From NCBI RefSeq assembly GCF_035084215.1, contig NC_090334.1, forward strand, positions 55,366,001-55,430,000: a DNA stretch of 64,000 nucleotides. The letters run 5' to 3'. Positions 12,827 through 25,299 of the stretch are shown piece after piece. Position 1 is the stretch's first letter, and every line of letters begins with the position of its first letter. This stretch comes from Heptranchias perlo. Lineage: Eukaryota. A model generated the notes under the pieces. It did not search any database. It saw nothing but the letters and a program-made list of their open reading frames with translations, and had not been told where the DNA came from. The position numbers and the translations under genes are program-made.

Positions 12827-14764
12827 ATGGCGTCGGGTTCAAAGCTGGAGGAGTTGGATATGACCCGGGACGAAGTGGACCGCTTTACGAAAGCGTTTAA
12901 AGACGAGACGTTTAGAAAAATGTTGTCCGAATACGCGGAGGAAATCTCCAATCCAGAAAATAAGAAGAAATATGAAGAGGAAATCACTCAGCTGGAAAAG
13001 GAGAGAGGCGTGGACATCAAGTTCGTGCATCCCAACCCGGGCTATGTCCTCAAAACCAGCGTCAACGGGGACAGGAAATGTTTCATCAACATCTGCAGCA
13101 ACGATCTGATAAACAAGCCCGTTTGCAAAGCCGGGAAAGGGAGCAACGGGACAATGGGGCAGCATTGGTCTCTTCCCTATAGTCTCACGCCTGGGAGGGA
13201 AGATCTGGGTGCAGGTGGCAGAAAGTATATGATTTATGATGTGGTCTTTCATCCGGACACGCTGTACATGGCCGATAAAAATAAGAAGTTTAGAAAAATG
13301 GTGGATCAAACTTCAATAGAAGTGATAGAGAAACAACTAAACGCAAAACTGGATCTAAGAAACGTTAAGACTTTAAAAGTAAAATACAAAGGGTTGCCCC
13401 ACGCGGCTGTCATTCGCAAGCCGCTTCCTGATGGTCCGAAAGAGCCTCCAGAAGCAGACAATCCTTTAAGGTTTCCTTACCCCTTCGATCTTCCAAAGTC
13501 AGAAAATGCTTCTGTAAATTATACCAAAGAGAAAAAAACGAACGGGAGCTCAAAAACTGCTGCGAAAGACAAGAATAAGAAAACGCAAGACAGCAAATCT
13601 ACCCAACCCAAATACTCCATTATTTACAGGTCACATTTTGAGATGCAAGATTACCGATATACTCGTGAAGCTGCTCCCAGCACCAGACCTAAAGAACTGG
13701 TGGTTACCATCGACCTCCCTTTGCTCAAGTCTGCCGAGGATGCTTGTTTGGATGTGACCGAGAAACTGTTACGTTTAGAGTCGCAGAAACCAGCTTACAA
13801 GCTTGATTTGCCTCTGCCATATCCAGTAGATGAAGATCTGGGATCAGCTAAATTTAACAAATCCAAGAGACAGCTTGTGGTTACTTTGCCTGTGGTACCT
13901 GCGAAGCATGTCCATGTCCTAGAAATGCAACAAGATCACGGCAGTGATTTTGAGCAAACAGAGAAGAGCAATGAGTCCATGGTGAGTGGCCAGTCACTGT
14001 GCGAATCAGAATTATTGCAGCGTGAAGGACGTTCCCATGAAGAAAATAAAGGGTGTGATAGTACTTGCATAAATCCCGAAGATGAGTTTGAACTGGTTAG
14101 TGCCTTACAGGATTTCAACTTGGAGCAATCTCAGAACAATAAGCAGCTTGAACTCAGCCAAATAAAAAAATCTACTGAGTCAGTTGTTAAAGTAGCCGCA
14201 TCGGTTTCAAATAATAGTTTTTTGAAGCCAAATGATGTGATTGTCTATCCCAAAATTGTTTCGGAGATAGATTCTGATGAACAGAAAAACCTCCCAGAGG
14301 ATGGTACAGTTGCTTCTAGTGGTAAAGGCTTTCTTGGGTCTTTGGAAAAGGCATGCAGTAGTACTGCGGATGGACAAGTAAATGATCATCCACAGGTAGA
14401 TTCAGCTGCAAACACTAAATTCTGCTCAGAAGACTGTTTAAAGGAAACTGAACCAGTGTGTCCTGATTTCCATTACCATCAAAGTGAAGGCTCCATTACA
14501 TTTATACTGCAAGTGAGAAATATCAATGAAAATAGTTTGAAATCAGTACTTCATGTTCATGAATATAGTGTTACATTTGGGACAAATGACACTGATGCCT
14601 GGTACTCCTTGATTATTCAGTTTCCTTCTGAACATCAGTTGGACACCACAGAAAGTATCCTTAATGTATCTAAAGACAATGCTGCAGTGGTGTTAATAAA
14701 ATCACTTGAGAGTCAAGGCTTGTGGCAAAGTTTTCATGCTGGAGACACACACAGCTGTTTACAG
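12827..14764 (+). CDS. DNAAF2: Dynein axonemal assembly factor 2 (kintoun), exon 1
   Basis: PIH1 domain (FVHPNPGYVLKT, KCFINICSN, WSLPYSL, YDVVFHPDTL) followed by a CS domain (AKFNKSKRQLVVTLPV); CAG|GTAACC donor, phase 0. Confidence 0.96.
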
Positions 14765-15649
14765 GTAACCTTTCCGATCCCAGAAGTCATCCTTCATGTA
14801 CAAAGTGTGATAGCTGCATTAATCATTGTGCCCCCACTTCAGTCTTTTTATTGACCTGGCTTTTGTAGAACAAATACTGAAATCATTTTTAAATCAACCT
14901 AATGCTGTTTATTTTTTAGGGATAAATCAGTCACTGGGTTATTAAGAGGTGAAGCACTATCTCTAAGTACTTAAAGCAAAATTCAAAATTAATAAAAAAT
15001 TGTTGGATATTAGGCACAAGAGAATAGTAAACAATGCCTTGGTGTGTGACCTGAAACATTCTTTGATGACAGTCTTCAGGGGCCCATCGTTGTGGTAACT
15101 GCATTAGTGCACTGCTACCCTTGCCGTATATCTAATTGATATTTGGTAGTTACAAAAAATATAATCCTCACAGCACTACCTAAAGATGATCCAGGTCCCC
15201 TTAAATAAATGCAAATTGCAATATCTTTGCCTCTTTTCATATTGAAAATTGAGTTCTGAGATGCGTGCACATTGCAGCTGTGACATTGGCACAGCATATA
15301 AAGCAACGTGCACGCTGATGTAATGTGTACATATCTCTGGCCTTGATTTTTTGATAAGAAAATAAGTAATTTCACGGGTGGAGGTGTCTCAAATTTGGGA
15401 GACAATTGGGTTTTACCATTTCACTATCTGAATAAAATCCACAAATTTACTGGTGTAAATTGGTAAAATCTGAGTTAATGATCCCTAGTTTTCCATTAAC
15501 ACAGAAGCTAGTAGCTCATTCCAGTTGATGTGCTTGTATTCAAGCCTAATTTTCCAAGCAAAAAAGTTTCATATAAAGAGAAGACTTCCTTTGTTCTCAA
15601 CCCATTCTTTATGCTTCCAATCTGTTTCTCAGCCTCCATGGCTGTATAC

Positions 15650-16130
15650 GTAATTAGGTGTCCCTAAACCTTGGAACACATTTTGAGCACGGGTAAAGAT
15701 AGGTGATTTAACCAGAAAAAAGGGGGATATAGCTAAGGTCTGAAGTTACTAAAGTTACTGTCCAGACTAGAGGGCTAAAGAGTTCCCTGTACAGATAAGA
15801 TACTGTTCCTGAAGCTAGTGTTGAACATGGTTTGAACAGTGTAGGAGTCCAAAGGTAGAGAAGTCAAAGTGGAAATGGGAGAGGAAGTTTTAAGTGTCGA
15901 GCCACAGGGAGGTTAAGCACACTTGCAGACAGAATGGAGATGTTCAGCTAAGTTATCACCTAATCTGAGTTTGATCTCCACAATGTAGAGGGACTGCACT
16001 GTGAACAGTAAATATAGTATAATAGATTGGAGGAAGTCTCGTATAAAAAGTTCTTGGAACAGGAAGGGCAACTTAAAAAGGAGCAGTTCTTGTTAGTGCA
16101 GAGATTCAGCACTGCTCCTTCTCCCTCTTG
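15650..16130 (-). mobile_element. Old L2-type LINE fragment
   Basis: Purine-rich degenerate sequence resembling the other L2 remnants in the window (19590-19920, 47760-48460). Confidence 0.4.
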
Positions 16131-16781
16131 TAATATGCCCATGATACGTTGCATAGTCGAATGATTTAATTGTGAGATGAAATAAACTTAAAAAAGATAC
16201 AGTTAAGTGTCTAGTTATTATACTAGAAATGGTAGTTAGGACTGAGCAGCTTCTCACTTGTAGGTTTATGTGTGTGCAAACTGCATTGTAAATTACAAAG
16301 ACACTTTTGATTAATTGGGAGTGAATTTGATATATAAGTTTATTAGTGCAACATCAGCTTGTTTGCCTCTGTATATAGTGTAAGCTTACATGTTTACTGG
16401 CTTAATTCATAGACTACATTTTACAGAAGAGAAGTTTTAATTAATTTATACTCTAAACTAATAACACAAAGTACTACAGCCCATTTTTATTAAGTATCTG
16501 TTATACAAGTCCTATGTTGGCACTTTGTGAAGATACTATAAATTCAGAAATACGGTAGGAATTAATTAAGTTAGGTTTTGGTGAACTATGTGGTCTTGTT
16601 ATTCATTCTAAGGTAAGGTTCAACATGAAAAGAACAACATTCACAAATCTTTCTCCTCTCAACCACTGTGAACTATGTTCCAAGAGTGCTGTTTGTAAAC
16701 GTAGATACACAATTAAGTACTTATGCCTTTGTCAGATGTTCTCTGCTAAACATGTGAACATGAAGTGTTTTTTCTGTTTAG

Positions 16782-16928
16782 AAGAAGTTGTTTGTAACTT
16801 CAGAAAATGTTGATCAATTCCTGAGTACTTCCTTGGAGGATCCAGTCCCCAACGAGCTACCTGAAAAAAATCCTGCATTGATTAAGGTGTCAGAAGTCAG
16901 TGAAAGTGGCCTTGTTATTCATTCTAAG
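16782..16928 (+). CDS. DNAAF2: DNAAF2 exon 2
   Basis: TTTAG|AAG...AAG|GTGAGG, 147 nt; encodes KKLFVTSENVDQFL, comparable to the conserved LFV..ENV..FL motif. Confidence 0.9.
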
Positions 16929-17610
16929 GTGAGGTTCAACATGAAAAGAACAACATTCACAAATCTTTCTCCTCTCAACCACTGAGAAAAACATTGCAGA
17001 AAGGCTGTGGAAATGATTCACAGAGTAGAAATAAGTTGCTCCAAATCAACTAATTTGATTGCTATGCTTGAATTCACAGATGTGTTGTTTTTCCCCCAAT
17101 CCCGTCCTCACCCATCATCCAAACACAAATCTACAAAAGGGTCAGTGGATTGTGATTAGGAGTCAGTTTTCTCCCTCCTAATCAAGGAAAATTCCAGTGC
17201 TCCTACTACCACCCCAACTAATATCTAACACAGCACAAACTTGGATCAAACCTGGGACATTCATGGTCTGTATAGGTCAGCTTCTCATCGACTTAATCTT
17301 CCTTCTTCTAGTGGCAGAAGCTCTCTCTAAGCTATTATTTAATATTTTGATGTTTTTAAATGTTACTGTATTCAAACAGTACCAAAAATTAAGAAAACTT
17401 TGTTTTTGTATCACTCCTGTTTTGTTTTAGATTTTATTTTAGGCTTAACTTCCTTGTATTTACTAATTTATGCTGTTGCTGATGGACGTTTATAGAATAT
17501 ATTTACTATATTAGACGTACTGCATTTGTAATTTATATATTTCCGGCTCTTCTTTACACACTATTAATTATAAATAATAGTAAAGAAAATATTACACCCA
17601 CCTTGCACTT

Positions 17611-17815
17611 ATCATAGAATCTTACAGCATAGAAGGAGTCATTAGGCCCCTCATACCTGTGCCAGCTCTTTTAAAGAGCTATCCAATTAGTCCTGCTCCT
17701 CTGCTCTTTCCCCATAACCCTGCAGATTTTTCCTTTTCAAGTATATATCCAATTCCCTTTTGAAAGTTACTATTGAATCCGCTTCCACCACCCTTTTAGG
17801 CAGTATATTCCAGAT
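17611..17815 (-). mobile_element. Short CR1 3' tail fragment
   Basis: CATAGAATC tail and CR1 3' UTR-like sequence. Confidence 0.6.
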
Positions 17816-18200
17816 TTATATTCTACTTGTGTTCCTGGTAACACATTTGTGAAGGGAATTTGAAATTGCTGTGTGATGTCATTGTCATGTCAATCTTTGT
17901 TACAGTCATGTGATTATTAATGACAGATTTTGCAGTCATATTATTCCCTACATACCAGTCGCTGTGCTCAAAGCCAACAAACGAAAGTAACCATGGAAAT
18001 AGTCATGTGGTAGCAGGTACCTAGGAGCCATTACCATGTAAACTGAAATCTGCCAAATCTCTGGCAGCATTTATCGGCATTCTTCCAGAGCCTTGTAAAC
18101 CAGAAGTGAATCAATCCGTGATGTAATTTTTTTTACACGTTTAGTTGATATTTTCAATTCCTAATTCAGATAAATTTTAATGCCAGTTTTATAATTTCAG

Positions 18201-18878
18201 CAACAAGAGAAGGAAGACACCAGCTCCTATGGACTTGCTCTGAAACCGGACAGAATTAACCACTACGAAGCTTGTAATACTGCATCTAACATTCAGCAAC
18301 AAACAGAAGAAATCTGCCCCTCCAAATCTATTGCAAGGGATAACAAAATGGAAAAGGAGACATCTTTGTCAGATGATGCTCTAGAATATTTATCTAGTCA
18401 CAGAGACCAGTTAGTTGCTGTGTCAGGGAATAATGGTCATTTTGCACAGACATCTAATGCAGCAGAAGGAACTACAATGAAAAATCCAAGGCATGAGATG
18501 GATCATTTGACTCACATTACCTGCTTGAATCCTGTTGATGAGAGTAAACTTATTAGTGAGGTTGAAATTAAAAGTCAATCAATTATGCCACCCTCAGACC
18601 TCAACACAGCACAAGTTGAGGATCCAGCATCTGTGAACGGTAAAAAGTCAGTCAATTTTAAAAGGTGTGTAAAAATGGTGGACGGTAATGTACTTGATGA
18701 AGATGACCTTCCAACTGACCAGAAGAATGGCAACTCTTCTGAGTTTATTAAACAAACAGCTGCACTGCAAATTCTTGAAGAAATCAATACTGCTGATAAA
18801 AGTGTTAAGATTATTAGTGACCATAAAACAAATTCTGCATTCATCTTCCAGAATACCGAGCTGTATCAGTTAGATTAA
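18201..18878 (+). CDS. DNAAF2: DNAAF2 exon 3 (terminal)
   Basis: TTTCAG| acceptor in frame with ORF 18348-18878; ends in the conserved kintoun C-terminus DHKTNSAFIFQNTELYQLD*; AATAAA at 19277-19282. Confidence 0.92.
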   Translation, partial: QQEKEDTSSYGLALKPDRINHYEACNTASNIQQQTEEICPSKSIARDNKMEKETSLSDDALEYLSSHRDQLVAVSGNNGHFAQTSNAAEGTTMKNPRHEMDHLTHITCLNPVDESKLISEVEIKSQSIMPPSDLNTAQVEDPASVNGKKSVNFKRCVKMVDGNVLDEDDLPTDQKNGNSSEFIKQTAALQILEEINTADKSVKIISDHKTNSAFIFQNTELYQLD

Positions 18879-19949
18879 AGAAATGTTTGATTTGTTTATA
18901 AAGAAAACTTCAACTTTATTGTACTTGATTTAACAGATTTGATTTGTTCAGAATCTTGTAATACTAAGATTGGGTTATATTTTATAGTTTAATGCTGTAA
19001 TACATTATATCATAGATTGGTTTGGGTTTTTGCATTGTATACCAAATCACAAAATAACTTTAAATCTTTTAGTTGATGGGCAGATAGCAGCAGAACTGGT
19101 TATTTCTGTGACTATAGTTTGTGAATTGTAATTAAGTCCACAGAGATTATTGAACAATTCTGTAGACTCCTCAGGAACAACTGATTTCTAATAGTTTCAG
19201 GTATGTATCATATAATATCTATTTTTGTTGAATCTCTTCTAATTATATTTAGCTAATAAGTATACTGTACAAAAAAAATAAATATTACCTTGTTTATTAA
19301 AATCGTTTGTTTAATTTCTGCACCGGCAAGAATACATTTCCAATGCTAAAACCAATTTGCACTTAAACAATTTATTTTTTGAATCACTCTAATGTGATAA
19401 TTTTCAAGTTATTGAAAGTTTACAATTTGTGATTAAGATACAGCAGTATTTTTGCTAATATCAATATTAAGCCTAATGTTAAACTAACTGGTTTATGTTT
19501 CATGTCTAAAAAAAGAAGCCATTAGGAATTGAATGCGCTACTGTCCAATCTCCAGGTACAATTTCCATTGGCAAGATTAACCCAAGCCTCACCTATCACT
19601 CCTGCTCTGTATCAGTTAGGGGTTGGACCTGTGCACGAGAAGGGGTACTAGGGTTAGTGGTCAAAGGTAAGGTCAAAAAGATAGGCTTTAAGGAGGATTC
19701 TGAAGCTGGGAGCAATAAAGGGGTTAAGGGAGCAAGTTCCAGATTGTGGGGTGCAGTGGACCAAGGTTGGAAGAGTAGAGGATTTGGGCACAGGCATGGG
19801 GCTGGCAAAGATCTTAAAGGTAGGGAGGAGTGAGGCCATGAGGATTTGAAGATAAAGATGGAGATTTTCTAATCACTGCACTGAGGAATGGGAAGCCAGT
19901 AGAGAATCTGGATGATATGTAAAAGGTATTTTGTGTGGGATAAATCAGG

Positions 19950-21830
19950 GAGGCCATTGTACCCATCTTAGTTCATCCATTCATTTGTAACCTACAGTGC
20001 CCCCATTGCAGGATCCTAAATGATTCTTTAAATGATTTCAGGATTTTCACCTATATTCTATCTTGAAGTCCATTGATCATTCTGTGAAGAACTTCTTGAT
20101 AATTGGTCCTAAGTCTGCCTTTTCCTGGCCTGAACTTTCTTCCTGTTATCCTATTCATGCAATTTACTTTAAAGTAATTTTCCACATTTACTTTTCCCAT
20201 ATCATTAATTATCTTATACTCTTCTATAGGATCATTTCTTAGAGGTCTCCTTTGAACAGTAAAAAGCCTAAGTTTCTTCAAACATTCCTCATAACTCAGG
20301 CTTCTGACACTAGAGATCAGTCTCATGGCTCTTCTCTACATTGCCTCCCACGGTTGAATGTCTCCCTTGTGGCTTGATGACCAGAACTGGACACAATACT
20401 CAAGGTGCGCTCTGACCAGAGCACTATACAGTTTGATCATGAGATCTTCTGACTTGTATTCCACTGTTCTTTATAGTTCAACGTTAGCTTTGATGATTGC
20501 TGCTCTGCATTGGTTGAACATGTTGATATTGAGTACACTAATACGCAAGGTCTCTTTCAACTTCATCCGTAGCTATTTCAGTGACTTTCATTTTCCTTCC
20601 TATGTGTAGTAACTTTACATTTGTCTGCATTAAATTTCATCTGCCCGCTTACATATTTTGTCCAACTCATTCTGTAATTTCTGAGCTGCCCCCTCTGTTT
20701 CATTGCCCCTCCTGATTTGGTTTCATCTGAAAATGTTACTTTAAATCAAAGTAACTGATGTAAGTTAGACACCATAGTGGTACCATTGCCAATTCCTGTG
20801 GCACCCCTCTTAATATCTTCTTACTCCGACATAACTGATTTAACAAATCCCATTGTTTTCTACCCTTCAGCCAATTTCTTATGCATCCCCACAGCTTTGA
20901 ACATGACTAATAGCCTTTCATGCGGATCTTTGTCAAATGCCTTATGTAAGTTTATGGCTGAAACTTTTAACTTCTGTGGGGGCATAAAACGGCTGGTAGC
21001 AGATTGGCTGCCCGTTTTACACCCCCCCACACAGTTTTTCTTCCCATTGACCTAAATGGAAAAGAAAATTGGGCGGAGTGTATAACTGATCTGCTATCAC
21101 CTCTTTTGCTCCTCTGCCGAAGTTAAAAATTTCACCCAATATGTTATTTGTTGCAGGGTTTTCTGCATTCAACTTGGGATGCCACTTCCTTGAAGCAGTC
21201 AAAGAGGTTGGTCAAGCAGCATCTTCCTTTTCTGAATCCACATTGACAGTTGTTTACTAGGTTATTTTTGTATAGATAAATCAAGATTATTCCTGATAAT
21301 AAATTCCATAATTTTACATGGAATTGAAGTAAGTTTAATGGCTCTGTAGTTGCCTGTATCTGTTTGAACATAGGCACTACGTTAGCATATTTGAAATCTG
21401 GCACCTCCCCAGTTTGTGATTCCCTCATGATTGTCAATGCTTTGCAAATCTCCTCTCTAGTTTCTCTTAGCATTCAGGGGTAAATACCATTTATCCCTCG
21501 GGATTTATTAGTTTTCAGTCCTTTTAGCCTATCCAGGGCTTCAACTTTTTTATATCAAAGTCATCAATTTTGCCTATATTAACTCTGTTTGGGGAAGGCA
21601 TGTTACTCATAACTTCCCTTGTGAATATTTGGAAGGAGGAATCTTTCTGAATGTTTACTATCTTGTGCTCATGTTCTGTTTCCAGGTTGTTAGTGTTTTT
21701 TGTGGTTCTTACCTCTCCTGACCACACTCTTATTCATGAAGTACTGAAAAAATGTCATAGTTATGTTTTATCTCAGCAGCAATTTTTTTCCTAAGTCTTT
21801 ATTTGCTCCTCTGATCACCCTTTTAGCATG
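19950..21830 (-). mobile_element. Old, heavily degenerate CR1 LINE
   Basis: Fragments LSYEECLKKLRLF, ANVVPMFK and QCGFRKGRCCLTNL; interrupted by another repeat at ~20955-21150. Confidence 0.75.
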
Positions 21831-23024
21831 TTCCTGTTTCCTACATTACAACAGTGACGACACTTCAAAAAGTACTTAATTGGCTGTAAAGCGCTTTGGG
21901 ACCTCCTGAGGTCATGAAAGCGCTATATAAATGCAAATTCTTCTGCTGTATTCAGCTCTCTCCCTGCAGAATTTGATCCGCTTAGGGTCATCCTTTTTTA
22001 GCATGAGATTGCTGTTTCTAGCTCTGAGCTTATCCTGCGTGCTGAGCATTATTCCTTGTCCTCTGTTGAAGTGTTTTGAACAAGCTGATGCAGGTGGCAA
22101 TTATGATACAAAATGGATTCCTCTTGCACAGAAAAGCAAAGTTCAGAGCACTGGGCAGTGGACTCTGAATAAGCTGGTGAAAAGTACTAACATTGGGCTG
22201 CCTCAATTGATCAGTGGGTAAATGTACTGCATGGCATGATACTGAGTCATATAGACCAGGAAGTACCATATTTGTTCCTTGGTCTGTACTGGGCCAGCAG
22301 TGGAGATACCATCACTGGACTCATTGAAGTAATTTTGACTTTGTGCGATAGTGTAAAACGGGTGATAGCGAATTGGCTGCCTGTTTATTTCCATCGGTCA
22401 TTGATGGCAGAGCCGTTAGCCTCTTCGACTCTGCTATCCGAAACTCTCTCTCTAAACCCCTTTGCCTCTCTACATTTTAAAAAATTTTCTCAAAACTAAA
22501 CTGTTCAATCAACCTTTCAGTCACCCCTCCTAATCTCCTCCCTTATTCACTTCTATCCGTGAGGTGCCTTGGTATGCATTTTACATTAAAGGTCCTATAT
22601 AAATGTAATTTGTTCTTGTGGATTGTTAAATATGCAGATAAACTGGCTTGTTCAGACCCTCATAATGGAGATGTTTTTTCCCTTATTCTGCATTCTTTAA
22701 TTTACCACTTCAGTTTTCATAATTCTTGCCTATAATACTGCATTCTCTCAGGTTTATCAGTGCTGGTCACTCCGGTAAGTGGTCTCTGCGTCTTGCGCTC
22801 ATACTGCCCAATATCTAATTGTAGATAGTGTGACCTGGTGGTTAACAATAGAAGCCCCTTATTATCTGAACTGGTTATCCTGGTTATCATGTTTTTCACA
22901 AGTGCCCTTATGTGTGCTTCTCCAATCTTTTAGTAGGTGGACTGACCTTCAAGTTAAATCCAGCTCTTAAAGGGTAATATTTTTAAATATAAATCATACT
23001 AAGATCCTGCTCAAAAATCCTGAT

Positions 23025-24233
23025 AGAATCATAGAAGAATCATAGAAGTTACAACATGGAAACAGGCCCTTCGGCCCAACATGTCCATGTCGCCCAGTTT
23101 ATACCACTAAGCTAGTCCCAATTGCCTGCACTTGGCCCATATCCCTCGATACCCATCTTCCCCATGTAACTGTCCAAATGCTTTTTAAAAGACAAAATTG
23201 TACCCGCCTCTACTACTGCCTCTGGCAGCTCGTTCCAGACACTCACCACCCTTTGAGTGAAAAAATTGCCCCTCTGGATCCTTTTGTATCTCTCCCCTCT
23301 CACCTTAAATCTGTGCCCCCTCGTTATAGACTCCCCTACCTTTGGGAAAAGATTTTGACTATCGACCTTATCTATGCCCCTCATTATTTTATAGACTTCT
23401 ATAAGATCACCCCTTAACCTCCTACTCTCCAGGGAAAAAAGTCCCAGTCTGTCTAACCTCTCCCTGTAAGTCAAACCATCAAGTCCCGGTAGCATCCTAG
23501 TAAATCTTTTCTGCACTCTTTCTAGTTTAATAATATCCTTTCTATAATAGGGTGACCAGAACTGTACACAATACTCCAAGTGTGGCCTCACCAATGCCCT
23601 GTACAACTTCAACAAGACATCCCAACTCCTGCATTCAATGTTCTGACCAATGAAACCAAGCATGCCGAATGCCTTCTTCACCACCCTATCCACCTGTGAC
23701 TCCACTTTCAAGGAGCTATGAATCTGTACTCCTAGATCTCTTTGTTCTATAACTCTCCCCAACGCCCTACCATTAACGGAGTAGGTCCTGGCCCGATTCG
23801 ATCTACCAAAATGCATCACCTCACATTTATCTAAATTAAACTCCATCTGCCATTCATCGGCCCACTGGCCCAATTTATCAAGATCCCGTTGCAATCCTAG
23901 ATAACCTTCTTCACTGTCCACAATGCCACCAATCTTGGTGTCATCTGCAAACTTACTAACCATGCCTCCTAAATTCTCATCCAAATCATTAATATAAATA
24001 ACAAATAACAGCGGACCCAGCACGGATCCCTGAGGCACACCGCTGGACACAGGCATCCAGTTTGAAAAACAACCCTCGACAACCACCCTCTGTCTTCTGT
24101 CGTCAAGCCAATTTTGTATCCAATTGGCTACCTCACCTTGGATCCCATGAGATTTAACCTTATGTAACAACCTACCATGCGGTACCTTGTCAAATGCTTT
24201 GCTGAAGTCCATGTAGACCACGTCTACTGCACA
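23025..24233 (-). mobile_element. Young 5'-truncated CR1 LINE with uninterrupted RT C-terminal ORF
   Basis: 369-aa open frame containing [21 protein letters not shown] and KFADDTK, then a short 3' UTR and TTCTATGA-type tail. Confidence 0.96.
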
Positions 24234-25299
24234 GTAAGTTAACCAATTTTAACTGTTACTTTACCTTATTTCTTATTTTCATTATTTAAAACAAAATCTC
24301 ACCTGTTTTTCTGTTCCTCCAGTCTTGTCATCCATTCTTAAGCTTGGAATGACTGAAGTAAAATTCTATCCTAATTTTCAGCCAGTTAGAAAATTGAACA
24401 TTATAGTCACATTACTAGAGTGGCTAGGTCAAAGCATTTTGTGTTTTTGAAAGCCCAAAGATGAAGAGCCATGGATTAAAGTCTAAGCCCCACTTGTAGC
24501 ATCATGGCTCACACCTGTCTTTGCTTGCGAGTTATCAGGTCAGCCCATTTATTTTCAATAGGAGATCCTGTTTCTCCTATTGAAAATAAATTATTTTGTA
24601 CTTTTTGTCCTCTGAATTATACATTTGTGATTCGGAATATTACGAGTAGTGTGTGTTCTGTGTAAAAATATGAAAGCTATGCACCTCCAGTGAGTAGATA
24701 AGCCATATGGACCAGGAATGTTCCAGGTTTGACCCTTGATCTAGGGTGGCAGTATGGATGCTACAGTTAGCCTCCGCACCTCTGGGTTTGCTTGGAAAAA
24801 TTTGCCTGATTTCCCAGTACTGACTGCTATCCAGCTGTGGATCCTGGTGAGGACAGGATTGGGCTTGGCTGCAATATCCCTACAGTCAAATAGCTACCAA
24901 CAATTATTATTGGGTCTCAAACATGAAGCATGAGCACTTGGGTAATCTGCACATGTGGAACCATATCCCTGCAAGAAGTCAATGCCTTCAAGAGAAGGTG
25001 AGGGGAGGAATTAAAAAATAATAAAAACACTAAATGAGAGAAACTAAATCTGCAATGGCATCCTGTTAAATACATTTTTTGCCATGTTCTCTTTTCTCAA
25101 GGTGCAAACTCTAGCTAATTCTGAGAGTGCTAGCAGTCATATGGTATTTTATCCAACTGGCTATGCTTCATGTGTGAGCCAAGACTGATTGTTGGTAACT
25201 TATTCAATGACAAAGGGCTCTTAGACAAGCCCAAGCCCCTTCACTCCCACTGTACACACAAGTGCACTAACAATCAGGAATGGAAATCTAGTGGATTTT

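Noticed and set aside
12839-13309. 156-aa antisense ORF over DNAAF2 exon 1
   Set aside because: A shadow frame of coding sequence with no recognisable protein features.
14765-14854. C-terminal end of the 675-aa ORF as the DNAAF2 terminus
   Set aside because: This is read-through into intron 1; the conserved C-terminus is encoded in exons 2-3.
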